Shown: positions 8,701-16,600, counted from the first letter of the stretch. The stretch: DNA of 19,454 nucleotides from an uncultured bacterium (GCA_963977445.1 CAXBPH010000122.1:1-19454); one strand, 5' to 3'. The notes: a model not told the origin generated them from the letters alone. Program-made: numbers and translations.

Positions 8701-9368
8701 GTCTTGAAAAGCTGCGGATACATGGCGTGCGCGACATCGGGAATGACGCTGTCGACGACGAGGGGATCGTCTTGAATATGCTTCCAGGGGACGCCCACCT
8801 GCTCATCGATACGCTGCTGAAATTCTTCGGTCCGTTCGTCCTGACGCACCTTTCGCTCGAAGGCAGCAACCTTCAGGTTTCGGGAGTAACCGGAGGCCTG
8901 AAGGACTTTGTAGTAGAGGACGGTGGAGATTTCTTCTTGCGTGGCACCGGCTACCATATCGCTGGCGAGATCGAGAAGAATAACTTTGGCCGGAAATTTC
9001 TTCGCCAGCGAGGTGAGCAGGGCCTTGGTCTGGGGACGCTCGAAGCGATTCTGAAAATGTTTGAGGAAAGGGTCGCCATCGACTGTCACGCTGTCGTCTA
9101 AGGCGAGACCGAGGTATTTTGTAAAGGAACTTTTACCCGACCCGTAGAAGCCAGACACCCACACGCCAACCTCGTTCTGGCCGCCGACTTCCATGGCAGT
9201 TTGCATCTTCTCGAGCAGTTTCTCACACTGTTCTTCGATACTTTCTGTGACGATGTATTCGCCGATTTCATTCTTGAGTCGTGTTTCCTCGTTGACTTTG
9301 TAGGTGATTACCTTTTCGATGGTGCGATGAATGTCTTTCGCCAGATCGAAGAGTTCCCTAATCTGCAT
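5745..9368 (-). CDS. brxC: BREX P-loop ATPase BrxC (1207 aa)
   Basis: Walker A VWVSGFYGSGKSSF, Walker B LFVVDEVGQY, TAQQ, KLKDRF, YPFLP and APFGWSQDTLR motifs. Start placed at ATG 9368 (MQIRELFD) because GGAGG precedes it and brxB ends at 9379. Confidence 0.92.
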   Translation of the reverse strand: MQIRELFDLAKDIHRTIEKVITYKVNEETRLKNEIGEYIVTESIEEQCEKLLEKMQTAMEVGGQNEVGVWVSGFYGSGKSSFTKYLGLALDDSVTVDGDPFLKHFQNRFERPQTKALLTSLAKKFPAKVILLDLASDMVAGATQEEISTVLYYKVLQASGYSRNLKVAAFERKVRQDERTEEFQQRIDEQVGVPWKHIQDDPLVVDSVIPDVAHAMYPQLFKTPASFNTEAGEHIRFETERVEEMINIVREASGKEYILFVVDEVGQYVGSRQNLILNLQGLAENLKKIGDGKVWFIGTAQQTLTEDDPRTAINSPELFKLKDRFPIQVDLESRDIKEICTKRLLGKAPAGDKELKALFAQHGQALRHNTKLQDAKFYDADFDEKTFIDLYPFLPAHFEILLHLLGQLAKTTGGIGLRSAIKVIQDVLVEGVPGQKPVADQELGWLATTVTLYDCLEKDIRRAFSTTHSAVEKARQQFPDSALHQDIAKTVAILQILSNMPVNRHNVASLMHPGIAAPSQRDAVESAIAELINNGFVPFGEKDGSLCFFSERLNDIDQERAQLPLRAVETRRIFNDALRAIFSPLPATRLHNALTITSGIKSATTGAMASSLEGDRNPIQTVIQFVSPDEYEHARADRVGDSRQQGERFTIFLVARSDAQTDGALGEIFRCQEIARRHKNDPDQEIKEYCAGQLDRAERLSAELQRVLKKHLAQGSFVFKGDITAVDSLHQDVLEAGKKYLSGVAEQVFDRFHEAPLRLDTSLAEDFLRLGNLKAANVKTDPLGLVEVTGGSPRIRSDQKALVSIKDYLDRNGNTEGKRLMDHFTAAPFGWSQDTLRYLVAALLVSGEIKLKIGGHEVTVNGQQAIEALRTNNAFKKVGVALREDKPSNELLARAAERLTDLSGEGVVPLEEDISKAAMKTLTKCQQWCGPLAGKLENLGLPGCHDVQAIHEEIGTILSTDASDAPQRLGGEDAPLYDGIKWAMAVVKALGDGLEKTIRQLREMDSAIKGFPNSGRSGNLKTELAEDIAHLQDRLEKKNFHEHQADLNTTRSNFQAAIRDTAQKMADTQQAAVKEAQKDLQHLPEWLELTQEEQSQELGKLDGYIIAASDDIQGIQSLLCNEIELANQVSAQKAGIHRTGEERRRKRLLDEEEEAKKKGKTTLRREVRIPKALNDAQRLQALIQELQILQNELTITSDIEVTFRFEE

Positions 9369-9378
9369 GCTGCCTCCC

Positions 9379-9954
9379 TTATCCGCCGACGTGGCAGGAA
9401 CGGTAATTGCCATCGTCGGGGTAAAAACCCAGAAAACTCAGTGTGCTCTTGCCCGCGCGCTTGCCAGGATAGAAAAACACCGTAGGTACATAAAACTTCT
9501 CAGACAAGGCACCCTCGATCGCACCGATGCGCATGTAGGGATGAAGCGCTTCCAGATCGGTCACGAGCAGGATGCCATTGTTAGCGTCTTTGAGTTCTTC
9601 CAGTTTGGCCGCCAGCCGCCTCTCGATGTCCTTCTCCTGCTCCAGCCGGTTGGCAATGGATGCATTCGCCTTTTCCCACGCCAGGGGTTGCCTGGAATCC
9701 GCGCGAAGCCAGAGTTTGCGCAGGGGCGCACTACGGACGATATCGAGCACGGCTTCCGCGATGGAGAAGGTATGCACCTCCCAACCCTCGTTTCTCAGTC
9801 GGGCTTCCCAAGCTGGCAACTGGCGCTTCACATCGAGAATGAGTTTCGGAGCAAACACGAGATAGTACACGGGCTCAAAGCTTGCGTGCGAAAGCTCCCG
9901 TCCGCGCCGAACGCGTTCGAGAAGTTCGTTGAAGTCATCCTTCATTGAGGGCAT
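9379..9954 (-). CDS. brxB: BREX BrxB (DUF1788-like)
   Basis: 191 aa with LLVTDLEALHPYMRIGAIE, VPTVFFYPG and LSFLGFYPDDGNYRS. It lies between brxA and brxC, with a GGAGG RBS before ATG 9954. Confidence 0.88.
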   Translation of the reverse strand: MPSMKDDFNELLERVRRGRELSHASFEPVYYLVFAPKLILDVKRQLPAWEARLRNEGWEVHTFSIAEAVLDIVRSAPLRKLWLRADSRQPLAWEKANASIANRLEQEKDIERRLAAKLEELKDANNGILLVTDLEALHPYMRIGAIEGALSEKFYVPTVFFYPGKRAGKSTLSFLGFYPDDGNYRSCHVGG

Positions 9955-10723
9955 ACCGCAATTCCTCCATGTTCTGACAGTTCCAACTTATCCGAACAAC
10001 ATTGCTGGCGGCCTGTAGAATCAGCAATCCGCGAAGTGCGAGGCGCTTCAGGAGATCCAATACCTCGTGACGCTCCAAGGCGAAGAGTTCCCAGTCGGGA
10101 TGGGCCATGATGCCGTTGTCGCCCACGCCCGCAAAATGAAGGTCATAGGCGATAACACAGGCGACCGTGGGACGGCAATGGTAGGGCACCATCTTTCGCA
10201 AATTTCCACGGCCCTTTTCCAGGAGTCCAAAGTCCGTACAACACCCCAGGAGATAGCTGGAGACCCGTTTGACTGTCGATTCGGACCAAAGACGGGTAGT
10301 TTTTCCACTTTGGTTGGCGCGAATCACAAATTCACGGGCTTGGTCGAGGTGGAGAGTGTCGTGCCCCGTGGCGTAGTGTGGCCAGTAAACTTGGGTAACA
10401 AAGTCGCGGAGTATTGCGTTTGCCCGACAGGTATAACGAAATAAGAGCTGTTGGATGTCGGCCGGTGAAAGCACGTTGCCCAGTTCTTTCAGGAGGGACG
10501 CTGGCTGTGCATTCTCACACAGATAGCGGGGCGCAAAGCATTCCATGACGACATTTCGAAGCCGTCGAGCAGAGACATTTGGAAACTGGCCTGATTCAAG
10601 TACCATGCGGCTGAGCGTGGTTGTATCCACACCTGGCTCCCATAAATTGAGCAATGTCTGTGTCTCTTGAATGAGTCCCAGACCGGCCTGGAGCTGCGTC
10701 GTATAAAGTCGGTTCTGGATCAT
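9935..10723 (-). CDS. brxA: BREX BrxA (DUF1819-like)
   Basis: 262 aa with YTTQLQAGLGLIQET, SARRLRNVVMECFAPRY, ILRDFV and WSESTVKRVSSYLLGCCTDFGLL. It overlaps brxE (ATGA) and brxB. Confidence 0.88.
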   Translation of the reverse strand: MIQNRLYTTQLQAGLGLIQETQTLLNLWEPGVDTTTLSRMVLESGQFPNVSARRLRNVVMECFAPRYLCENAQPASLLKELGNVLSPADIQQLLFRYTCRANAILRDFVTQVYWPHYATGHDTLHLDQAREFVIRANQSGKTTRLWSESTVKRVSSYLLGCCTDFGLLEKGRGNLRKMVPYHCRPTVACVIAYDLHFAGVGDNGIMAHPDWELFALERHEVLDLLKRLALRGLLILQAASNVVRISWNCQNMEELRYALNEG

Positions 10724-11226
10724 GGGTCTTCTTTAAAATAGGGAAAAGTCTTGATGCCAGCCGAAAAGGCAGCCAGATATAGCCCCCCCACATGCCGCCA
10801 GATATCTGGCTTAAACAGGTCTGTATGAGTTCCCACACATGTGGGTCCCTCGGCATTTTTGGGAGGGCGCTCGGTCAAGGATTCCAGCACGGTCTCCAGC
10901 GCCCCGTTGTCCCCCAGATCCAGCTCCCCCGGTTGCCCCAGCTGATGGATCAGCGTCTCGTGAAGTCCCTGCTCCAGTTCTTCAGGGAGCCTGAACAGGT
11001 GGTACGTCTTACCGACGCCAATAAAATGGTCGTGTGGGATAATGGCCGCTGCACACAAGGCATGGTACTGTGCCAGGCGGGTCGAGCGGGGAAACACTGG
11101 CGTCAGAAACGGCTCGCTCGTCTTACTGCTGAAGTTGGATTCCCACCACTTCGGCGTCTTTCGTTCACCGAGACCTCCGACTATGAGCCGTAAGAGGATC
11201 AGGTTCTTTTGCAGGGAATCGGGCAA
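10720..11226 (-). CDS. brxE: BrxE family protein
   Basis: Motifs LRLIVGGLGE, WWESNF, VFPRS, HDHFIGVGKTYHLFRLPEELEQ and FPYF. It is the first gene of the operon. The probable start is TTG at 11226, preceded by AGGAG (168 aa); the ORF track start at 11247 lacks an RBS. Confidence 0.82.
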   Translation of the reverse strand: MPDSLQKNLILLRLIVGGLGERKTPKWWESNFSSKTSEPFLTPVFPRSTRLAQYHALCAAAIIPHDHFIGVGKTYHLFRLPEELEQGLHETLIHQLGQPGELDLGDNGALETVLESLTERPPKNAEGPTCVGTHTDLFKPDIWRHVGGLYLAAFSAGIKTFPYFKEDP

Positions 11227-11328
11227 GTCTATCTCCTGAAAATACAAAAAACTCTAATTCTGTGGAGAGCGAGAGCCCCTTTCTGTGAAATGAGTCCCAT
11301 TGAATGAATCCAATAATCGCCCAATTAT

Positions 11329-11344
11329 TCCACTTCGAAGTGGA
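11329..11344. promoter_or_regulatory. Perfect 16-bp palindrome upstream of the BREX operon (candidate operator)
   Basis: TCCACTTCGAAGTGGA is its own reverse complement and lies about 100 bp upstream of the brxE start. The function is inferred. Confidence 0.35.
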
Positions 11345-11880
11345 GCCCTTCCACCACACGCAGGCTATATGAATAGCATAATAAGCACTTGAAATCAAAA
11401 GAATTAGGTTGCCTGATAGGTCCGGTGTGCATGGTGAGGTATCACTGGACGTGAAAAATCAATCTAGAGCGGTTTTCTGCTATTTCACTTTCGGTACCTG
11501 ACTATGGATCGTGGTCATATTTCGCAATGGCAGAGAAACGCGTGGGGAATCGCTTGACTGGAATGAGTACTGGGGACACAACTATATACCAACAAGAAAA
11601 GTCGTACATGCACTTTATTGTGCTCTCATACCCATTGGAGGGGCGGTGTCCCTTTCCCGCCGGAGCCGCCCGTCGATACGGTGAACCAGCACGAGCCCGT
11701 GCCCTGGGTCAAGGTGGAACCTCCGGGGGATTATGGGGACCTTGACGCAGGGGGCGGGTCCGTGCCATTTCTCGAAGGCAACGGCAGACATGGCGGACGC
11801 CACGGGGTAATTCAGACGCGACGGGCGGGTCTGGTGGGAAAGGCCCCCTTTCCTGCTGGTGAGCCCAGAGAGGGAGTGGT

Positions 11881-12783
11881 ATGAGTGAAATCGAGGAATG
11901 GTCAAAGCGACACGGCGATTCCCTACTTCTCGGTCTACCGATTCAAATGGCAAAGGCAAGTGAAGCTGTGTACGCCCTGTGCATGTTGGCGTCACAGGAT
12001 AAGCTCCTTGCAGAGGAAAGCAATAGACCATCGCACGAAACTTGGATTTGTTTTTATCGAAATCACAGGCGAGTCAGGACGGTCTTCTTTGACAGTTTCT
12101 TTCCAGCCTTGACAGCCCGAGAAGAACAGGTGGATGTCAGGGACGCTCTCAAGGAGAGAGTGTTTCAACGTCTTGAGAGAAAGGAAGCTACGTCGATCGC
12201 CGATTTGGAGTCATTGCTTGATTCGGAGTTTTCAAAGTGTGTCGAGTCGGAGAGAGGCCTTAGTGAAATCTTGGCTATACCGGAGGTTCTATTTTTCTTT
12301 CGTATTGCATTGCCTTGCTGGTATCAGTATGGACGAACACCTGGACAACTGTTTCGTAATTCACTCCGAGGATGCAAGGAGTCTATTTTGAAGCTTCTCA
12401 ATCTGGACCCCCGGATTCAAGAAGAACCCAAAATTCGTCATACGCTATTCGAAATGCAACGTAGTGAAACCTACAAGAAGAAGGTTTCAAGAGCCGTGAC
12501 AGGCTCTCTATATAGGCCTCCCTCGGAGGCTCAAGTCAAAATACTCTTGGCCGGACTAATAGATCGTTATCAACAGATATTGACTCGTACGATGCCGAAA
12601 TCCGGGCTGCCAATAGACGTTCCGAAATTGGGCGAGCAGAGCCTTCGCGACCTGTTTGATGCGGTTGCACAGGATAAGGGCTTGGAAATGGAGGAAGACA
12701 TTCCCGACAGTCCAGAGGCTTTTTACAAGGCAATTTATCGGAATCGTAAGACGTGGCCTAGTAGTCTGAATGATTTGATGTAA
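11881..12783 (+). CDS. Hypothetical protein (300 aa), helical, possibly DNA-binding at the C-terminus
   Basis: Long ORF with a GGGAG RBS before ATG 11881, co-oriented upstream of rep/xis. No family recognised. Confidence 0.75.
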   Translation: MSEIEEWSKRHGDSLLLGLPIQMAKASEAVYALCMLASQDKLLAEESNRPSHETWICFYRNHRRVRTVFFDSFFPALTAREEQVDVRDALKERVFQRLERKEATSIADLESLLDSEFSKCVESERGLSEILAIPEVLFFFRIALPCWYQYGRTPGQLFRNSLRGCKESILKLLNLDPRIQEEPKIRHTLFEMQRSETYKKKVSRAVTGSLYRPPSEAQVKILLAGLIDRYQQILTRTMPKSGLPIDVPKLGEQSLRDLFDAVAQDKGLEMEEDIPDSPEAFYKAIYRNRKTWPSSLNDLM

Positions 12784-12785
12784 TT

Positions 12786-12813
12786 CGGACAAATTATTTT
12801 CATTTTTTGTCCG
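12786..12813. promoter_or_regulatory. Inverted repeat CGGACAAA-N12-TTTGTCCG (candidate operator or terminator)
   Basis: Perfect 8-bp arms (12786-12793 and 12806-12813) with an AT-rich spacer, directly after the 300-aa gene and upstream of rep. Confidence 0.4.
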
Positions 12814-12888
12814 GGTGAAAGCGGGCAATTCCTCGTAGGCTGTGTTCATGTTTACCATGTATCACAGTAACAAGATGTCAACAGCAAA

Positions 12889-12942
12889 CGCCCGGCGTAA
12901 CGGGTTTCCGTGCGGCAGCACGGAAACCCCGTACGCTGGGCG
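12889..12942. other. Long GC-rich stem-loop upstream of rep (candidate origin or regulatory structure)
   Basis: Perfect GGGTTTCCGTGC-GGCA-GCACGGAAACCC (12902-12929), extended by CGCCCGGCGTA/TACGCTGGGCG. Confidence 0.5.
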
Positions 12943-12973
12943 CTTTGTCTTTGGCGAACGAGGAGAATGGCGT

Positions 12974-14206
12974 ATGTCTGAGAAAGTGCCCGAGCATGGT
13001 GGTGAGTTGAGTATCACCCACCATGCAAATCGTCAAGAACCAACAAAAGAGAAAGAAATACAGGATTCGGAAACGGGAGGTGAAGACACGGTCCATCTGG
13101 CCTTGGGTGTTCACTGGGAGAATTTTGAAGAGTTTTTCGGCTGTCTGGCTGTCGCCAAGGAGCAGGCCATCGAAAACCACGGCGCGTTGCGGCTGACCAT
13201 CCGGGGACGTCTGGTTGCGATAAAGCCTAAGGGAAAGAAAAGCGGGGGTGGCCGCGGCATGTACTATCCGATTTGCCTGAACACCCAGGGTTTCACGATA
13301 TGGCTGTCCGAGCATGCAAGCCCTATCGAGCAGACTCCCAACGTCTTGGTCGAAATGGGATCCGCTCTGCTCATGTCTACGCGCGGGCTCATGTCTGCCT
13401 TGGAAGAGCTCGTCATTCTGCTCGGTGAATTCGGCGGACAGGTCTTGTGGGACAAGATTTCACGGATAGACCTGTGCGCGGACCTCCCGAATGTCGACCC
13501 CCACGATCTAATTGACCTGGTTTATTTGGAGCAGACGGTATGCCGGGCGCGCATCGAACAGTTTTTCCGGGAAAGCGGGCGATGGCGCGGTATCCAGGTG
13601 GGACGCGGTGAATTGTTGGTTCGTATTTACGACAAATTCCACGAGGTTACACGCGCGAAGCCGGACCCGATAAAGCTGATTCTGCTTGAACGGTATCGGT
13701 GGGGCGGACCACAAGAAACGGCTTCTCGGGTAGAGTTCCAACTTCGTCGTGAGGCGGTGAAAAGTCTGGGTGTCGATACAGCTTCCGATTATCTCGCCCA
13801 ACGTGACAAGTTGGTGGCGTACCTGTGCGAGTCCTGGTTTCGTCTCGTCGATTCCGTGCCTGACCGGGAAAACAACAATACCCAACGAGCAGCCACACAC
13901 CCGCTTTGGTTGAATGTGACTGAGGCTTTCCGGGATTGGGCGGGCCATGGCGAAGCTATGGAACGGCAAACGCGGCGACCTTTCACTCGCGACCCTATTC
14001 GGTTGGTCAAGCAAGGTTTCGGATGCCTTCTGGCAGCAGTCTCTGACCTTCGCGATGGTGAGGAGGTTCGCCCAGATGAATTCGCGGCACTTGTAAAAGA
14101 GTGTATCGAATGGAACCTCGCCAAGATGAGCGAAATCGAGTTCTACCGGCGCTACCACGCCAAAGCCCTGCCCAAACTTGTGGAGCGTCCGCACGATGAG
14201 AAGTAA
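12974..14206 (+). CDS. Rep_trans-family replication initiator / MOBT-like relaxase (410 aa)
   Basis: Motifs DTVHL, NVLVEMGS, KISRIDLCAD, IQVGRGELLVRIYDK and SRVEFQLRRE match the SR(I/L)D...RIYDK...R.E pattern of Rep_trans proteins. Start set at ATG 12974 after AGGAGA (12961-12966). Confidence 0.82.
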   Translation: MSEKVPEHGGELSITHHANRQEPTKEKEIQDSETGGEDTVHLALGVHWENFEEFFGCLAVAKEQAIENHGALRLTIRGRLVAIKPKGKKSGGGRGMYYPICLNTQGFTIWLSEHASPIEQTPNVLVEMGSALLMSTRGLMSALEELVILLGEFGGQVLWDKISRIDLCADLPNVDPHDLIDLVYLEQTVCRARIEQFFRESGRWRGIQVGRGELLVRIYDKFHEVTRAKPDPIKLILLERYRWGGPQETASRVEFQLRREAVKSLGVDTASDYLAQRDKLVAYLCESWFRLVDSVPDRENNNTQRAATHPLWLNVTEAFRDWAGHGEAMERQTRRPFTRDPIRLVKQGFGCLLAAVSDLRDGEEVRPDEFAALVKECIEWNLAKMSEIEFYRRYHAKALPKLVERPHDEK

Positions 14207-14417
14207 CCGTGAAGAAGCTGCAGAAAAACTTCCCTATCTTTCACCCCGGGAACTGGCAGCACGATGGCGTTGCTCGCGCTCCAGTGTTGACCGTATTGCC
14301 CGGCGTATCGGACTTTCCCGCGTCTATCTAGGCGATGGGAGAAACGGCATCGTTCGGTATCTTAGAAAGGAGGTAGAAGCCTATGAAGAAACGAGGCGGA
14401 TTAAGCCCATCGCTTAA
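14196..14417 (+). CDS. Excisionase-like helix-turn-helix protein (73 aa)
   Basis: YLSPRELAARWRCSRSSVDR...GIVRYLRKEVEAYE is a small winged-HTH (Xis/HTH_17-like) pattern. It overlaps the rep stop and lies next to the integrase. Confidence 0.8.
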   Translation: MRSNREEAAEKLPYLSPRELAARWRCSRSSVDRIARRIGLSRVYLGDGRNGIVRYLRKEVEAYEETRRIKPIA

Positions 14418-14444
14418 CCCGCCTGCTACAGCGTAGCGCTGTGT

Positions 14445-14495
14445 GGTGCTCCCTCGGCAATGGAATCGCAAGTCCCGCCGAGGGAGTATCTTTTT
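14445..14495 (+). terminator. Rho-independent terminator between convergent xis and int
   Basis: Stem CTCCCTCGGC (14449-14458) / GCCGAGGGAG (14477-14486), extendable with G-U pairs, followed by TTTTT. Confidence 0.55.
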
Positions 14496-14523
14496 GATTA
14501 CGATATCATACCATCATCCGATT

Positions 14524-15678
14524 TTACTGGATACCACTCTGAATTTTCTCTCCGCTCTTCGAGACGTTCTGGTCGGTGCCGAATTCGACCGTTTCGCAGG
14601 TGCTTTCCGGGGTGATGCACGCATAGTGTCGTCGGCATATCTCGGGAGAATTACCCATCAACGTCGATATCTTATACAGGCTTTCACCCTTCATGGCGAG
14701 TTGGGACCCAAAGGTATGTCGATAGTCCAGGCAGGTGAACCTGATATGCTTTTTCTGGTTTGTGTTCCGTAGGTCACGGCTGAAATTGTCACAATCCCAT
14801 CGCTTTCCTTCCGGGCTCGGAAAGAACCAGTGGCCGGGCACAATCCGGGGCTGGTACGAGTCGAGATAGCCGCGCAGGGTACTGCTGATGGGTACCACCC
14901 GGTTGACCTTGGTCTTGGGTTCCCAGGATTCCCCATTCACCGTCTTGGCACGGACGCGAATCATGCCATGAGGGCCACTCTTGAAGTCCATATCTGTATG
15001 GGTGATCCAGAGAGCTTCTTCGCGCCGGAGCCCCGCATAGATGTAGACCGCCACCAACGTCTGAATTAGGGGGGTATCTTCGAGGGCCTGGAGCTGGGAG
15101 TCGATTTGTTCCAGTGTCAGGAAATTGATTCGGGGTGCTCTCTCCCGGTACCGCTTTACCCTGGTGACCGGGTTTCGGTCGCCGGGCATCTTGATACCCC
15201 GCTGGTCAATCGCCCAGGCAAAGAGCGTATGGAGTACCTCGCGGTAGCGGTTGGCGCTCTTGGGGCCCAGGCCACGGGTCTGAACCATGGTGCTAATGAA
15301 TTGGCTTACGTGGGCCGTGGTCACATCTTCCAGTCGGGCTGTCTCGATTCGGTGCTTCCCGGAGTCTTGTTGGGCTCGGGAAGCCTTGAGGGCGATGCAT
15401 ACAGGACCAAATGCCTCTCGAAGGTAGTGGAAGTCCGACTTCAGGCTGTTGCGGGTCTTATGCTGTCGCATGTACTCGACGTACTCTTCGAGAATTTCTG
15501 GAATTCGGGTCCGGGTGGGAACTGGGCTGTCGTCCTGGCGGAGAAGGGACGACTCAATTTGCCGGACCTTTTCCCTGGCGAGTTGCAGGGAGGTAGTTCC
15601 GAGGCCGACTCGTTTGGCTTTGCCGCCCACACAATACTGGGCGTAATAGGTTTTTCCGCGTTTGAGAAGACTTGCCAT
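14524..15678 (-). CDS. Tyrosine recombinase / phage integrase (384 aa)
   Basis: N-terminal arm-binding-like MASLLKRGKTYYAQYCVGGK; catalytic region IYAGLRREEAL, PKTK, DYRHTFGSQL, LMGNSPEICRRHY. GGAG RBS before ATG 15678; adjacent to a tRNA. Confidence 0.93.
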   Translation of the reverse strand: MASLLKRGKTYYAQYCVGGKAKRVGLGTTSLQLAREKVRQIESSLLRQDDSPVPTRTRIPEILEEYVEYMRQHKTRNSLKSDFHYLREAFGPVCIALKASRAQQDSGKHRIETARLEDVTTAHVSQFISTMVQTRGLGPKSANRYREVLHTLFAWAIDQRGIKMPGDRNPVTRVKRYRERAPRINFLTLEQIDSQLQALEDTPLIQTLVAVYIYAGLRREEALWITHTDMDFKSGPHGMIRVRAKTVNGESWEPKTKVNRVVPISSTLRGYLDSYQPRIVPGHWFFPSPEGKRWDCDNFSRDLRNTNQKKHIRFTCLDYRHTFGSQLAMKGESLYKISTLMGNSPEICRRHYACITPESTCETVEFGTDQNVSKSGEKIQSGIQ

Positions 15679-15737
15679 GGGTAGTATCTCCAGTGACCCC
15701 AAAGGTCACGTTGGCAAGCCCCATGTTTTCTACCCGA

Positions 15738-15758
15738 TTGTGTACAGTTTTGTGTACA
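15738..15758. repeat. Tandem TTGTGTACA direct repeats (candidate integrase arm-type sites)
   Basis: TTGTGTACA at 15738-15746 and 15750-15758, between the tRNA 3' end and the int start. Confidence 0.55.
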
Positions 15759-15774
15759 AAAGCCACATTTGGGC

Positions 15775-15811
15775 AAAGAAAAAGGGACCTGCGTATCTAC
15801 GCAAGTCCCTT
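15775..15811 (-). terminator. Terminator-like hairpin just 3' of the tRNA
   Basis: + strand AAGGGACCTGCGTA-TC-TACGCAAGTCCCTT (one mismatch), followed on the minus strand by a T-rich tract. Confidence 0.65.
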
Positions 15812-15821
15812 ATATCATTAA

Positions 15822-15898
<77 letters not shown>

Positions 15899-15917
15899 TC
15901 AGTTGTTGACAAGGAGT

Positions 15918-15947
15918 AGTGTACCAAATGAAACCTTAGCGATGCAA
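15918..15947 (-). promoter_or_regulatory. Putative sigma70 promoter of the tRNA
   Basis: Minus strand TTGCAT-N18-TACACT with an extended -10 TG, about 20 nt upstream of the tRNA. Confidence 0.4.
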
Positions 15948-15974
15948 CTTATAACTGGTGAAATAATCGTTTAC

Positions 15975-16442
15975 TTAAGATTCGTCGAAAATCGCTTTGA
16001 AATATTCCGGGTTATCCAGCAAGCGCAAGTCCACGTTCTTGAAGGACTCCACCTCTTCCCGCGATATGGGCGCATCGTGATCGTTGCCATAAGGGTCGAT
16101 CTTTCCGAGGGGCGTGTTGCCCAGGGGGGCCGCTCCCTTGGTGCCCGCGTCGATCTCTTCGTAGGTCACGTTGTCTTCCAGATCGTCTTCGTCATAAAGG
16201 CGATCAATCCGATCATGGAGGAAGTTTCCGAGCACTTCGTTGAGGTGGGCTCGCTTCACATCGGTGTCTTCCGATGACATAATTTCTTTGTCAAGCGCCA
16301 GAACGCGGCCGCAGAATACAGCGACCATGCCGTGGCACTCGGGGCAGGGCCCCACGATGATTGACCCCAATGGCGGGAGCATAATTTGCCCCTGGGCAGA
16401 GCAATGGGGGCACGTGACCTCGATAAGGGACAGCATAATCAT
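15975..16442 (-). CDS. Hypothetical protein with N-terminal zinc-ribbon (CPHC...CPEC) and acidic C-terminus
   Basis: 155-aa ORF with a GGAG RBS and two CxxC motifs 22 residues apart. No family recognised. Confidence 0.75.
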   Translation of the reverse strand: MIMLSLIEVTCPHCSAQGQIMLPPLGSIIVGPCPECHGMVAVFCGRVLALDKEIMSSEDTDVKRAHLNEVLGNFLHDRIDRLYDEDDLEDNVTYEEIDAGTKGAAPLGNTPLGKIDPYGNDHDAPISREEVESFKNVDLRLLDNPEYFKAIFDES

Positions 16443-16600
16443 ATATCTCCAAAGGCTTCACACAACGTAAGTGTATCATATCCCTGAGAAAAACAGGATA
16501 AAAATAGCTAAAATCGAATTAATCGATTTTATCAACACGTTGTCTCATTTCGAGACTGACTTGGTGGCACAGCACCAACTAGGCAACCGGGCAAGGCCGA

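Larger units (their letters stand above)
1..15821. mobile_element. Integrative element (int/xis/Rep_trans) at tRNA-fMet carrying BREX; left boundary outside the window
   Basis: Integrase, arm repeats and hairpin abut the tRNA 3' end; defence cargo lies on one side and housekeeping-type genes on the other. No second att copy was seen in the window. Confidence 0.7.

Noticed and set aside
4725..8775. Long + strand and alternate-frame ORFs (e.g. 4725-5852, 5958-7052, 7833-8693, 5998-6879)
   Set aside because: Shadow ORFs of high-GC pglX/brxC with no recognisable motifs.
9369..9413. Extended brxC start at 9413
   Set aside because: It overlaps the brxB 3' end; the RBS supports ATG 9368.
11527..12031. 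Small ORFs upstream of the 300-aa gene (11527-11745, 11618-11884, 11615-12031)
   Set aside because: No motif or clear RBS. 11618-11884 does abut the next ATG, so a small gene cannot be fully excluded.
12842..12973. GTG 12842 as the rep start
   Set aside because: This stretch is occupied by a strong hairpin, and a clear AGGAGA RBS precedes ATG 12974.
1..15821. Second att copy of the tRNA 3' end
   Set aside because: Not found by eye within the window; probably beyond the left edge, but a short core could have been missed.
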